Source: Octopus vulgaris (taxonomy: Eukaryota). Taken from it: a stretch of DNA of 64,000 bases. The stretch is from the NCBI GenBank assembly GCA_951406725.2, contig OX597829.1, forward strand, positions 30,194,001-30,258,000, written 5' to 3'. Under the pieces are notes generated by a model. The model did no database searches. It was given only the letters and a program-made list of their open reading frames with translations, and was not told the DNA's origin. The position numbers and the translations under genes are program-made. This document shows, in pieces, positions 52,560 through 64,000 of the stretch (the first letter of the stretch is position 1; every line of letters begins with the position of its first letter).

Positions 52560-54920
52560 TACCAAAATGGGCCGGTTTCAATCAATTGATGGAAACCGTG
52601 TCTTGTCATCTGCCAATTAGGAGTTGAAATGATTTGTCTCCTGGATGTAACACTTCATTTGAGCCATCATAGGGTGACTGAAAGGGATGAGATGCTGTCT
52701 GGAACACTTAAACAAGTGATTAAGTTTGTGATGAAGGTGCAGCTGATTTCTTTGTTTCCATGCTGTGGAGGTATATAACCTCAGGCCAATGAATGAAGCT
52801 GTTCACCAAAGTCAGTAAGTATGAAGGTGGTAGGGGGCCAATGAGGCCAATGTTGATGTGGCTGAAACAAGTCTATGGGAGTTCAGAGCTGATGGGAGGT
52901 GCTTGGATATGCTGATGGATTTTGGCTTGTTGTCAGGGGATACAAGTTTAGGACTACTCCCCAATTTGCTTGACCATACCATGCCAGATGAATTTGGTAG
53001 AAGAGCTTGTGGATGACACCAAAGACCTTCTGGCATCAGGCTAATGGGATGATTGGTCATGGCTTCCCAGTCGATACGCTACCAAGTAGGGTTGTTCTGG
53101 TGAATCCAAAGTGAACATCCTGCAAAGAATGGGAGGTGATGGTCATAAAGTAGGCATCTGTTAGATTGCATGCAGTCATAGCTTCATAATCCAGATCTTC
53201 TGTTGTTGAAGCTATGTAGGGGTCAGGTTAAGTAGGGGTTCAAGAGAGTGTATCAGTGACTGGGTTGCTTTTTCTAGTTGTGTGTTGAATACCCATAGTG
53301 CATTTAGAAATGGCCCATAACTGCTGACATGCAGATCATGGCTCTGACAGCTTGCTTATAGTGAAGGCGAGTGGTTTGAGGTCTGTGAACACTGTGAAAG
53401 TGCAACCTTCAAGAAAATAGTGAAAATGGCAGACACCTAGATGGACAGTTAGTAAGTAGTTCAGTCAAAAGTGCTGTATTTCTATTCAAGTGGTTGTAGT
53501 CATTGATTGAAGAAGGTGAGCAGCCACCACTGACTGCTGATTATGGTTCCAAAAAGCCTCCAATAGATGTGTTGGAGGCATCAACTGTGAATGTAGTCCA
53601 TACTGACACGGTTGCTTTAGCCAGAGCTTCTTTTGTGTATTTGAAGGCACTATCCCACTCAACCTATCTTTTTGAAACCCCTTTTGACAGTGCTTTGCAT
53701 AGGGGTTTTGTCATGGTTGCTGCAGAGGAGATGAAATGATGATAAATGTTTACCATACCTACAAATTGGTGCAGAGTCTTGCTTGTGGTGGTGTGTGGAA
53801 AAGATAGGATAGATTTCACATTCTCTGGCAGGGGTGTAACATTGGCACTTGTGATTTGATGTCCAAGGAAGTCAATTTCCTTAACACCAAAGACACACTT
53901 GGTGAGATTCATTACCAAAACATATTGTCCCAGTCTGTCAAAAAGAGTCACTCGGTGCTTTTTGTGTAGCTCCACACTTTGGCTTGCTATAAGAATGTCA
54001 TCTAGGTATGCAAAGACAAAATCGGGACCCATGCACACGATGTCCATCAAGCATTGAAAGGATTGTGCTGTGTTTCTCAGGCCAAAGGGTGTATATAGAA
54101 ATTCATACAGTGCAAAAACAGTGACCACAGTGGTTTTAGGTACATCATTGTCTTGCACCAGTATTTGGTAGTAACCTCAGATGAGATTGACTTTTAAGAA
54201 ACCTGAGCACCTAGCTAGCTGGGTTGAGAAGTTCTGTATGTGCGCAATGGGCTAGTGGTTGGGTGTTATGTTTGCACTGAGATGGTGATAATTTGTGCAA
54301 GGCCACCAACCTCCATTAAGTTTTGGTGCCACATGCAGGGATGATGACCAGGGACTGCTTGATCAGTGAACAATGCCTAAAGCTTCCATATTGTCAAACT
54401 CAACCTTTGCAATAGCAAGTTTGTCTGGTGATTGTCGATGAGTGCAGTTGTGCACTGGAGGGCCAGTAGAAGGATATGGTGCTTCATTCTATGATGGTTT
54501 GAAGGTTTGGAAAATGTCAGGGTAGTGGGATTTGCAGGGGCCCACAAGATTTGAGAATTCGTTCTCAGTCTGAGGGACAGCTGCTATGCAAGGGGCAGAA
54601 TGTGCAGATGTTGTAAGAGAAATAGCAGCAAACATGCTGCTGTTGACGAGTTATCTCTCCTGAAGATCGACCAATAGTGAGTGTGCCTGAAGAAAATCTG
54701 TATCAATAATGGACTGATGGACATCAGCGAAGGTGAATACCCATTATGTATGCTAGTGAGCCAATGTGGAGAGAGAGAATGCAGTGATCTTATGTTTCAA
54801 CTGAGGAGCCATTGGTGGCTGTTAAAGGTTGGTCTTGCTTTCTATAACAGAGGTCCCTTGCCTATACTGGGATCATGCTGACTTCTGCTTCTGTGTCAAT
54901 TAGGAATCTTCATTTGGAGT
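52560..54920 (-). pseudogene. Gypsy pol (protease, RT, RNase H, partial integrase)
   Basis: FLIDTEAEV (DTGA), PFGLRNTAQSFQ, FAYLDDILIAS, VDASN, YFLEG.TFTVFTD, WPE and C-terminal VSI..LKPA. Much of the integrase core is deleted. Confidence 0.9.
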
Positions 54921-54929
54921 TCAGATCGT

Positions 54930-55615
54930 GGATGTATAGGAGCAGTTGATTGTGTTTGCCAGCCACCAGAGGGTTCAGTGGTGGCTGGCCTTGGAGTTGC
55001 CGATGGCAAAGGACATTTGAAGCTACATGGTTGCTTATACTTGGTAGCTTTTGTCTCAAACCTCATGTAATAGAAACACAAATCATCTTGTTTAACTTTA
55101 CCATGTCTTAGGGCTGACTTTATGGCACTGATTGTAACCCTGCCAGACAAAAATTGCTTGGCAGTCACCTTCACTAACTGCCACAGGTCCTTGGTCTCAG
55201 TTTGAGTAATGAGATCCTGGACCTGGGGTGCTAAGTTACAGAGGAATAACTTCCTAAACAAAATGAAAGTGACTCACTGATGGTAGGGCACTAATGCCAG
55301 CATCCTATCCATGAGCTCATAAGGCTTAGAATTGCCTAATTCTTCCGCATCTAGTATCCTGGCTGCCGCTTCTTGGTCACTAAGCTGGAATGTTTCCATG
55401 AGTCTCTGTTTCAAAGTAGCGTATTCGTGAGTAGCCAACAGTTGGGTTAGGATGACTAGCATTGTTGTCACTGTGTCCTCATGCAGTGCTGCTGTTACAT
55501 AAGAATACTTCATCTGGGCTGAGGTGATCTTCCATATGTTGAATTGTATGGTTCAACCTGTGTGAACCATATCTTGGCCTGCTTTGGCCAGAATTGTAGG
55601 CACTTCAGTGATCAC
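54930..55615 (-). pseudogene. Gypsy gag
   Basis: LQFWPKQAKIWFTQVE...KYSYVTAAL...YATLKQRL...LGNSKPYELM...LFLCNL...LCFYYMRF..KATK (decayed CxYH..FG..A.KC). Confidence 0.85.
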
Positions 55616-55890
55616 TTGCCATGTTTGCATTTTCTACTTTGGGTTCAGCAGTTATGGCTTAGTTAAGATATACATGAAAGTAATTTAGAATATGAGCGTG
55701 TCAGTGTATTGTTTATTTCACTTCAATCAGCTACACACTGTGAGGGTAAGTATGATTGCCCATCTAAATCTCCAGACTCCTGTCCCACCTAACCAAAAGT
55801 CCCTTCTCTGTGGACCAGCTCACTAGCTAAACCACAGTTAAGTTCCTGCCTACAGTTTATCTGTTTTCAGCCCATGGGGAGTACCCTATA

Positions 55891-56197
55891 CATGCATGTT
55901 TGCTACATCCCTCTCTCAGCCAAGAGATCCTAGTTTTCTTGGCTTGCAGATGCTGGTACCATGTAAAAGTACTCATGGTAGTGCCATGTAAAAGGATCCA
56001 TGCCAGTGCCTCGTAAAAACACCCTTGCCAGTGTCATGTAAAAAGCATCCAGTACACTCTGCAAAGTGGTTGGTATTAGGAAGGGCATCCAGCCATAGAA
56101 AACATGTCAAAACAGACAAATGGAGTTAGGGTTACCCTTCAGCTGTCAAACAGTTCAATCCATGTCAGCATGGAGAACAGACATTAGATGATGATGA
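55891..56197 (+). mobile_element. RTE LINE 3' UTR with short tandem units and (GAT)n tail
   Basis: gtgccatgtaaaag-type units, ggttggtattaggaagggcatccagcc, and cagcatggagaacagacattag(atg)n. Confidence 0.75.
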
Positions 56198-56204
56198 TAT
56201 ATAT

Positions 56205-56244
<40 letters not shown>

Positions 56245-56549
56245 AGTCAGACGCGGTTTCTTTATATAAAATTTTTATCACAAGATTATTGGTGAACCGA
56301 AGGGTCTGCAGTAGACATTGACTCTAAGTGCTCTGCAGTGGGATCGAACCCGGAAACACGTGGTTACGAAGCGAACTTATTAATCACCCACACAACTATG
56401 TCTGTGCTTCTGTTTGTTTTGTTTTATTTCTCTCAAGAGAATAAAAAAAAAAAAGGATGAAAGTGGTCATTTAATTTTTTTTTTTAATGAGAAAAAAATT
56501 ATTTAAATGTTTCTATTAAAAACATATCAACTCAGATCAGAAACGAAAC

Positions 56550-56675
56550 GATGACGTTTACGTAAAATAGTTACGTAAACAATTTGATAATCCAATGAAA
56601 TAAGGTATATGTAAATTACATTTTAAGCTTAAAGTAGTGACGTTTACACTGTTTCCGTGACGTAGTAACCAATCG
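56550..56675 (+). promoter_or_regulatory. Candidate PP2A-B56 promoter: bZIP (CRE/PAR) and CCAAT cluster
   Basis: TGACGT at 56552, 56638 and 56658, TTACGTAA at 56558 and 56571, and CCAAT at 56592 and 56669. The cluster lies ~290-415 bp upstream of the ATG. Confidence 0.55.
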
Positions 56676-56965
56676 TGAATCCCTTTAATTGTAATGTTTC
56701 CCTCCACCTCTTGGTATCTATAGCAGTTCTTTACTTGCTTCCAAACCATAGATACTTTACAAAGCAGGAAGAGGATAGTCTTACATTAAAATTGTCTACT
56801 TTTTTTTTTCACTTGCATTTTATTTATCGTGTTTACTTTTTGTTTATTGTGAATAATACATTGAGAATTACATAAAACGAGATATTTTTTCCATTGAAAA
56901 AAAAAGAAAAAAAAAGATCACTTGACAGTCTTGAGTATTCTCAATACATCACTGATAATACCATT

Positions 56966-56992
56966 ATGCCTAACAAAACGAAAAAAGAAAAG
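56966..56992 (+). CDS. PPP2R5C/D: PP2A regulatory subunit B56 gamma/delta, coding exon 1 (MPNKTKKEK)
   Basis: ATG...AAG|gtaagc, phase 0. It closely resembles the N-termini recalled for PPP2R5C (MPNKNKKEK) and PPP2R5D (MPYKLKKEK). Confidence 0.8.
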
Positions 56993-57066
56993 GTAAGCCG
57001 GAATTATTTGTTGTTTTCATTTTGTTTTGTTTCATAGTTATTTTAAATTTCTATTCACTTAACAAG

Positions 57067-57111
<45 letters not shown>

Positions 57112-58301
57112 GGTACGTGTGTGTTTGTATACGTATGTATATATATATAGATGTATAAATGTACGTGTTTATTCATGTTTGGAATTGTATCTACGTAGTG
57201 TGTATGTGTATCTTTGTTTATGTATGTGTATACGGCATACACACACATATATGTATATATTTTTGCTTGTATTTATTTATTTGTGTGTCTGTGCAAAACA
57301 CATTAAAAACTGATTTGATTATCGACGAACTGATGAAAAAATGTGTCCATTTCTATTATAACATTTTCCTTTAGATTATCGTCTCTCGGACTTCATTGTC
57401 GGTATTTCCATTCCAGTCACAATTTAGATCATCCAATGACCATATCTATTTCTTGCTCTCGTACAACCATTTTTGTTTTAAAGTCTGATTATTTGTTCTA
57501 ACTCGGCTATAACACACATACGCACACGCATAATATACTACATATATGTATGTGTGGGAGAGAGAGAGAGAAAGAAAGAGAGAGTGAGAAAGTGAGTATG
57601 TGTATATGTATACGTTCTTATGAATTGTCCATGGAAATATTTCCTGCTATGTCTACCGTCTTATACTGAATCTTGTCTGTCTATCTTGCACAGCTAGAAT
57701 TAAAACCATGTGTACTATTACGAAAGGATGTCAGCTTTTCTCTCTTTTGTTAATTTATCAGCAAAACATCATTTGATTTTTTCCTTTTGCAATATTATCA
57801 TGTTTGTATTAACTACATAGTATGTCTTCCTGGCTTGTAGGAAGTAATTAGTTTTTTTCTCCCCTTCAGTAATGTACTACAACTTATTAACCATTCGGAA
57901 GCAGAAAGCAAGCAGATGCCATCAGTAGAGATGGTAAATCTTACCTACTTTCTATTTCACTTGGCCATTTGTATTTATTAATCAAAAGTTCTTTTAATTT
58001 CTGGGGAGTTTGTTATATAATTGAAGACAATTTCCTAGTTGAGAAAACCAGTCTAGCCATTTCTGTTAATAAGTAATATGCACGGTGTGTATGTATTTGT
58101 ATGTATAATAATATCTGCATTCTTGTATGTCATGTCTCCGTTTCTTTTTTCCATTGTAATATTGAGAAATTGGCAATGAAATCATGGAAGAATTAGGGAG
58201 TGAATAACTGTGTTGTCATGCATTTCATTAAATTTGAAATATGACATTAAGCACGAAGTGATGCGGAAATAGCTCACTTTTCATTTACATACGTTTCACA
58301 T

Positions 58302-58355
<54 letters not shown>

Positions 58356-58587
58356 GAAGGCAAATATAATTATAATACTCAGATACACATAAACATATTC
58401 ATGTATTAAATGTATTAAGTCATTGATTCTGTTTTAATCAATGTGCTCGCAAATAATTTTCTGTCTGCCTCTAGTGAAATCTTGTTAACGAAAGCATGCT
58501 TACATGGATCTCATCCCTGTACTGACAATTATAATATGTCGTTTATGTTAATTCGGACATTTTTCCCCCCACTTTTTTCCTCTTCAG

Positions 58588-58656
58588 CAAACACCAGCAA
58601 AAACGACTAATGCGAAAGGTAGTGCGAAGGAAAGTACTGAAAATACAGAGAGTGAG
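58588..58656 (+). CDS. PPP2R5C/D: PP2A B56 gamma/delta, coding exon 2 (QTPAKTTNAKGSAKESTENTESE)
   Basis: Strong acceptor ttttttcctcttcag and donor GAG|gtaaga, 69 nt, phase 0/0. It resembles PPP2R5C [22 protein letters not shown] and PPP2R5D ...GENTEE. The B56 core lies beyond the window. Confidence 0.8.
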
Positions 58657-59854
58657 GTAAGATGAAGCTTTGGTCAGTTGTTTTGTACTATTGTTTGACT
58701 GATCTGTACAAAATGTGTGTATGAAACCATACATATATGTACAACAATGCACATATATAATCATACATATATTCACAAACGTAACCATACATTTACACAT
58801 ACATGCATATACATTCATTTTATATACACATATTTCATAGTGACTGAGTATCAGTCCCCTTTCTTAACTTTGTCTTGAAAATCTGTGTGTACGCGTACAT
58901 ATATATAAATATGCGTGTGTATTTATGTATCATGTATTTAATTTTGATGGGTATTTTCAAATGCTGCCTCTTAGCAACTTGTCACCGTCTCATGATTGTT
59001 GTGTATAGTGATGGCCTGTATGTAATGTATGTATATATGTATATATTATGTATACATTTGTACAACGATCTATGTATGTGTGTATGTATATGCATATATA
59101 TATGTGTTTGTGTGTGTGAAACTGATGTCAGTCGCCGCCATCTTACCATAGATTATCATGGCGGTAAACGCTTTCTACCACTGAAAAGAACAACAAACCA
59201 TTTCTTTCTCCTATATACTTCATTTTCATAATATTTAAAAAAAAAAATACATCCTACCTACATATATACAAGAAACAGAACACCCCGGTTATTTTTAACT
59301 ATTAAAGCACTGACAAAAAAAAAGCATTACTCAAAAAAAAGTAGTTATTAAAATATGTTTAATTTTTTTTTTTTAATCCTTTCTTCACTGTCCATTTCCT
59401 TTTTTCTTCTCCTCTCTCTATCATCATGTCAGTTTCTGGCTTGTTTCGGAAAGAATCCTTATAGAATAAACAAGTAATGAGTGTAAAAGATGTATAGATA
59501 GGTGTGTAATGTTATATGTCACTTTCTCTCAATATATGACATGATGGGATATATATACATACATATACATACATACATACATACATACAGTTTATTCCGT
59601 ACATCTGTGAGTGTATATGTATATATTACATACAGACATACATTTATGTAAATTTTATACACATACGACTCAATTCTAGAGATCTTTTTTTTTTTTTTTC
59701 CAAATTTTCATTTTCTTCAGTTTTTGCTCTTATCTACCAATTGTTTATCTTGGTTATAATTTGAGGAATTCATTCTCCCCATTCTGTCCAGTTCGTAGCA
59801 ACATAAATAGTATTGATGATAATGACTAATGTCCTTTTGGCATATTTGTATGTA

Positions 59855-59902
<48 letters not shown>

Positions 59903-60247
59903 AAAAGCCATAGATAGTGCAAGTGTTGCAAAAGGCTGCGGTGAGGAAAACGCCGTTGGAATTAAAACTGAGATTTGGTGGTCGACTATAGAGGATAACA
60001 TTGGACATTTTTTCCTAACAAAGCGCCTCTTCGAAAAAGGAAGAGGCAGGGCGGATAGCTTATTATTGCTTTTACTTACACACGCTCTGTCCATTTTGTT
60101 TTACATTTTCACGAGTTCATTTCCTCTTTATATCAATCACAATCTACCTTGCTTATTATTTATTTATCCAGGCTCACATTTTTGTTAACGCCCCCCCCCC
60201 CCCCATCATATCATCATTGGAAACATTTCACTTCTAAATTCCTGGTG

Positions 60248-60297
<50 letters not shown>

Positions 60298-62289
60298 GTA
60301 TATAAGGTTTGATGAATTTTGTAAAGTATTAGGGTTGTATTTTTGTTTTATGGTAGTGAAATATGTATGTATGTAGCGGGACGTTAAAATGTTTTATTAT
60401 TTAAATTTTTTTTTTTGTTTTGAAGTATTGCTTTTCGTTCTGAAAGTTGATAGCTTGTTTGATAAGGAGGAATCCTATTCGATATCCTGGTTCCCATTTC
60501 ACCTAATTCGTGTCGTAGACGGTTTATTGAAAGTGATGTTAGTGTTGTCAGTGTTTAAAACTGTTCCAAACACAACACATGCCTTTGTTGCAGATGTGAT
60601 TATCATGAATGAAAACACCTGTCACTTTCACTTTCTAATAACTTGGCTCCTGTCTTCATGGGTAGGAACGAATCTATCAATTCATAATAAAAACCATTGA
60701 AGAAATTGCTGTGAGAACTGCTAGTTTCTGGGTGCTTCACTACATTCTTAGAATCACTTGTGAGAACAAATGACTGCACTGCATTGATATTATACGATTT
60801 ACAATCTCAATAGGTTACTTTATATTTCATTTTACTGCAATAGTAAATAAAATTGTGCATATGAAGAACACTGTACTTTTAATCTCGTCGTTACAGTCAG
60901 CCAGTCGGTCATATATTAGTGATTACTGGCCGCCAGCCATTATAATTTGTAGTGAATTAATATATATGGTAATTGTCATCAGTTTTTTTTTTTTTGTAAT
61001 TATATTTTGAAGGAACCGCTGTCACACACGCGCACACCTGATGTTGATTCAAGATCGAACTCTGTCAGTCTTTTGAACTGTTTCAAAATACAATCTTTGT
61101 CCTCTGACACTAGTTTTTAATTGGCCGCTCTAGGAATCTTCGAGTATTTATAAATTCTAATTCTCTTTTAGGTTAAAGCTTCTTCTTGACTATTCTCGGA
61201 ATTTTTTTTATTCAGTTGCATATTTTCAATGTTTGTAAGAAAAGAAAACTGGGAAATGTCTAAGATAGCGTCAGGCAACAGTTGCAGATGAATCATTTTA
61301 AAATTCTATGTCTAGTTAATTTTTGTATAGAAATACTTTTTGTATTTTTAGCAAAGGGTTTAATCGATATGGCTTATCCTGAAGATATTTATTAATTTAA
61401 TTGTTATCTGTGTGTATTTTTATGTTACTGTCTGCTCTCAAATTTTGTACGTTATCAAGAGATTTAAAGTGTAACTGATATATTTGATGTGTGTTTATAT
61501 GTATTTGTCTGTCTTCTGATAGAAAAGGTGGTTCTTCTATGGTTTCTATGATCCAATTTCATCTTTATCCTCTATTTCTGTTCATCTCTACCATGTCATA
61601 TTGTACGTTAGTTTGGAATACTCCATTATTCGGTAAACGTGAAACACTTGAATTTCTGCTAGAGATTTTTTAATTTATAGTAAATCAGTTTTCTAGATTC
61701 TATTGTTCTTGGATTAACTTTTGGAATAATGTTGATTCAGTTATTTTTATGCCATTCTTTCAATGGCAAACATGATTACTGTGAAATATAGAGGAATTTT
61801 GTGCAAGACTATGATTTACCTCACCAGACAATTTAAAGCCATTGTAAATTCTATATGATCTTTCTCTCTTGTATACCTATTTTAAAATAAAACAGTTTCA
61901 GTTAGTAAGTTATTCATTCCACTATAATAATAATGTTTTAAAAATTGTAGCTACAACTTTTGAAGGTCTGATATTGAATGTGATTTATTAAACTGTCACC
62001 AAACATTTTAATAGTCTGGAAATCACGTAGTATGAAGTAATACAGTGAGATTGTAATACCTGGAAATGTTATTAGTTGCAATGCTGCTTAACTCCAACTG
62101 AACCCTGGCTAAAATAGGGTCTAGTTGAGCTTAGTTCTAATTTCTGAGTGCTTATACTTTTCACATGATACAGATGTAGGGAAGAATGCCTCCTAGGGCT
62201 GGAACTGAACTTACATTGACTTGCAGACTAACATAATTTAAAAAATTTTTTTTTTTAATATTGTATTTTTTGTTATAAACTTCACTTCT

Positions 62290-62533
62290 TAACTCAGCCC
62301 TTTTTGTTACCATTATCACATCACATTACTACATTTCTGTTGAAATACTCAGCCTTTGTTTCAATTAATTCATTATTAGCATAACGAAGAATTTAGTAAA
62401 ACAACTTAGTTGTTTGGAATATGAATTAAATGAAATTTTGATGGAAGGTTTTAATTTAGATCACTTTAAAACAGGAAGTCTGTATGACAGAACCAGGGGA
62501 AGTTTGAGGCAGATTTGTATCAAAGGAGTTTAA
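62290..62533 (+). mobile_element. piggyBac-like MITE
   Basis: Same core as the 845 and 44200 copies. Confidence 0.7.
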
Positions 62534-63434
62534 GAGGCCACAAATTTATGCTGAGTGAATTTTTTAAAACTGGCAAATTAAAGCTTTTAATGTAATAAGT
62601 TTGACATTCATGTTTCCTCTGCTAGTACTGTTGTTGTACAGTATAATTAAACTTTAGTTTTTAATTTCCATCATCTATTGTTGTTTTTTTTTTTTGCATC
62701 CATTTGATGAATTTGCTAAGCTGTTTCAGTATATCAAAATGGCATCTAACTTTTTTTTTTGAGATCCAATTACTTTATTTCAAGCTTTGGCAACATCTAA
62801 TTTCTTGCTGCTATCAACTCAGATAATATGCTATTACATAACCTTTTTTTCCTTAATTGTTTGTTGTTTTTGTTATTGCTTTGCTTATTTGAGATGATCT
62901 ATCCACCAGATAAAGATAGCTTCTATACTACCTCAAAGAATAAAACAACTTCACCTTTGGAAAATGAATCCTCAACCCAATAATTCTTTAATTATTCTAC
63001 TACTGAATTCTTTTTTTTTTTTTTTAATTTAATGGTTTACTCAGAGGAGGATTAGCACAACACCCATGATCACTTTCAAAGCTTCTGAATCTGGTGGGAG
63101 GAATTGAGGAAGTTGGCCTTAGACAGAAAATGTGGCCTGGATGTTTACAATAGAATAGACTTTACTACAGGTACCCAAAGGCCAAAATGATGCTGTTAGA
63201 TTGGGTGTCAGTAGTTTGAACTTGTGAATTCTATGCTCCTCTCTTATTTGTTTTTGTCTTTTTTTTTCTTTTTAATTCACCATCCGTAAATAGTTGTGCT
63301 GTTAGCTACAGATTCACTGTAATCACGAGTTCACTGCATTTCTAGCAATGAGAGGGATGGTGTAACCTGGGGATATTTCTCAAGGGAATTTGATTGTAAA
63401 GCAGCAGTTTTTCAGTTTATGCATTTATTCTTGT

Positions 63435-63625
63435 TTTAATGTCCACTTTTCCATGCTTGCATGGATCAGACAGAATTTGTTGAGGCAGATTTTCTATGAC
63501 CAGATGCCCTTGCTGTTGCCAACTCTCACCTGTTACTAAGTAATATTTTCTCATGTCTGGACAACAGTAGATTGTAAATTAATGGGACATCTTTACAATT
63601 ATCACATGGTGTCAAGGCAAGCCCC
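63435..63625 (-). mobile_element. Meta-like SINE/LINE tail fragment
   Basis: aatgtccacttttccatgcttgcatgg...gatgcccttgctgttgccaac, matching 48505-48660. Confidence 0.6.
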
Positions 63626-64000
63626 CCACCTACCATTCTTTCATTCATACATACACTATATATAATACCACACATCTTCCACTAGTATACATTAGTAACA
63701 GATATTAGCTAGAATATGTGTGCTTGTAAGACTGCACAGTTTCCATGCATCTGTCAAGGCTATGGCAGAGGTCATTTGCCCGAGGATCAAACCTGGAAGC
63801 TCATGGTTGTGAAGGGAACTCCTTAACCGCACAGCTAAGCCTGTATCTTACACTCACTTCAATCATTCTTTTCTAGAACTGCATTAAATCCAGCCATCTT
63901 AAACCATTTCCTCTGGTATACAAGTAAAATATAAAAGCAATGGATAATTTTTATAAAATTTTGTTTTGGCCTCCAAAATTATATAATGGACAGATGTTTG

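Larger units (their letters stand above)
52236..55890 (-). mobile_element. Gypsy/Ty3 LTR retrotransposon, two LTRs, decayed
   Basis: LTRs at 52236-52387 (with an ~85-bp deletion) and 55653-55890. The PPT reads ctgtgggggagc next to the 3' LTR, and a degenerate tRNA-Trp-type PBS lies next to the 5' LTR. Domain order is gag-PR-RT-RH-IN. Confidence 0.9.

Noticed and set aside
63045-63170. Third PP2A-B56 exon (cag...CAG|gtacc)
   Set aside because: It has stops in the frames examined and no similarity to B56.

Overview
This is AT-rich eukaryotic DNA saturated with microsatellites and transposons. Its SINE/MITE/RTE repertoire looks like an octopod cephalopod (Octopus-like) genome, which is an inference from recalled repeat sequences and not from a search. 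Almost all ORFs in the supplied track are translations of (AT)n, (CA)n, (CAT)n or (TTTC)n microsatellites. Host-gene content: (i) the first two coding exons of a PP2A B56 gamma/delta regulatory subunit gene (PPP2R5C/D-like; + strand, 56966-56992 and 58588-58656), preceded by a bZIP/CCAAT-rich promoter; (ii) a candidate unrecognised multi-exon gene on the minus strand (28751-28900, possibly 18422-18464 and 15172-15224), divergent from (i). The rest is transposon debris: hAT/Buster, Tc1/mariner, Chapaev3-like, MULE, Helitron-like, piggyBac-like MITEs, a Gypsy LTR element nested in an RTE LINE, CRE, CR1 and RTE fragments, and three tRNA-derived SINE families. The most unusual signal is a set of (AT)n-embedded Penelope-like terminal-repeat remnants, two of them long near-perfect palindromes. 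Their arms carry type I hammerhead-ribozyme cores with palindromic helix III. No rRNA, intact tRNA or CRISPR array is supported. Repeat boundaries were read by eye and are approximate unless a TSD or TIR is quoted.
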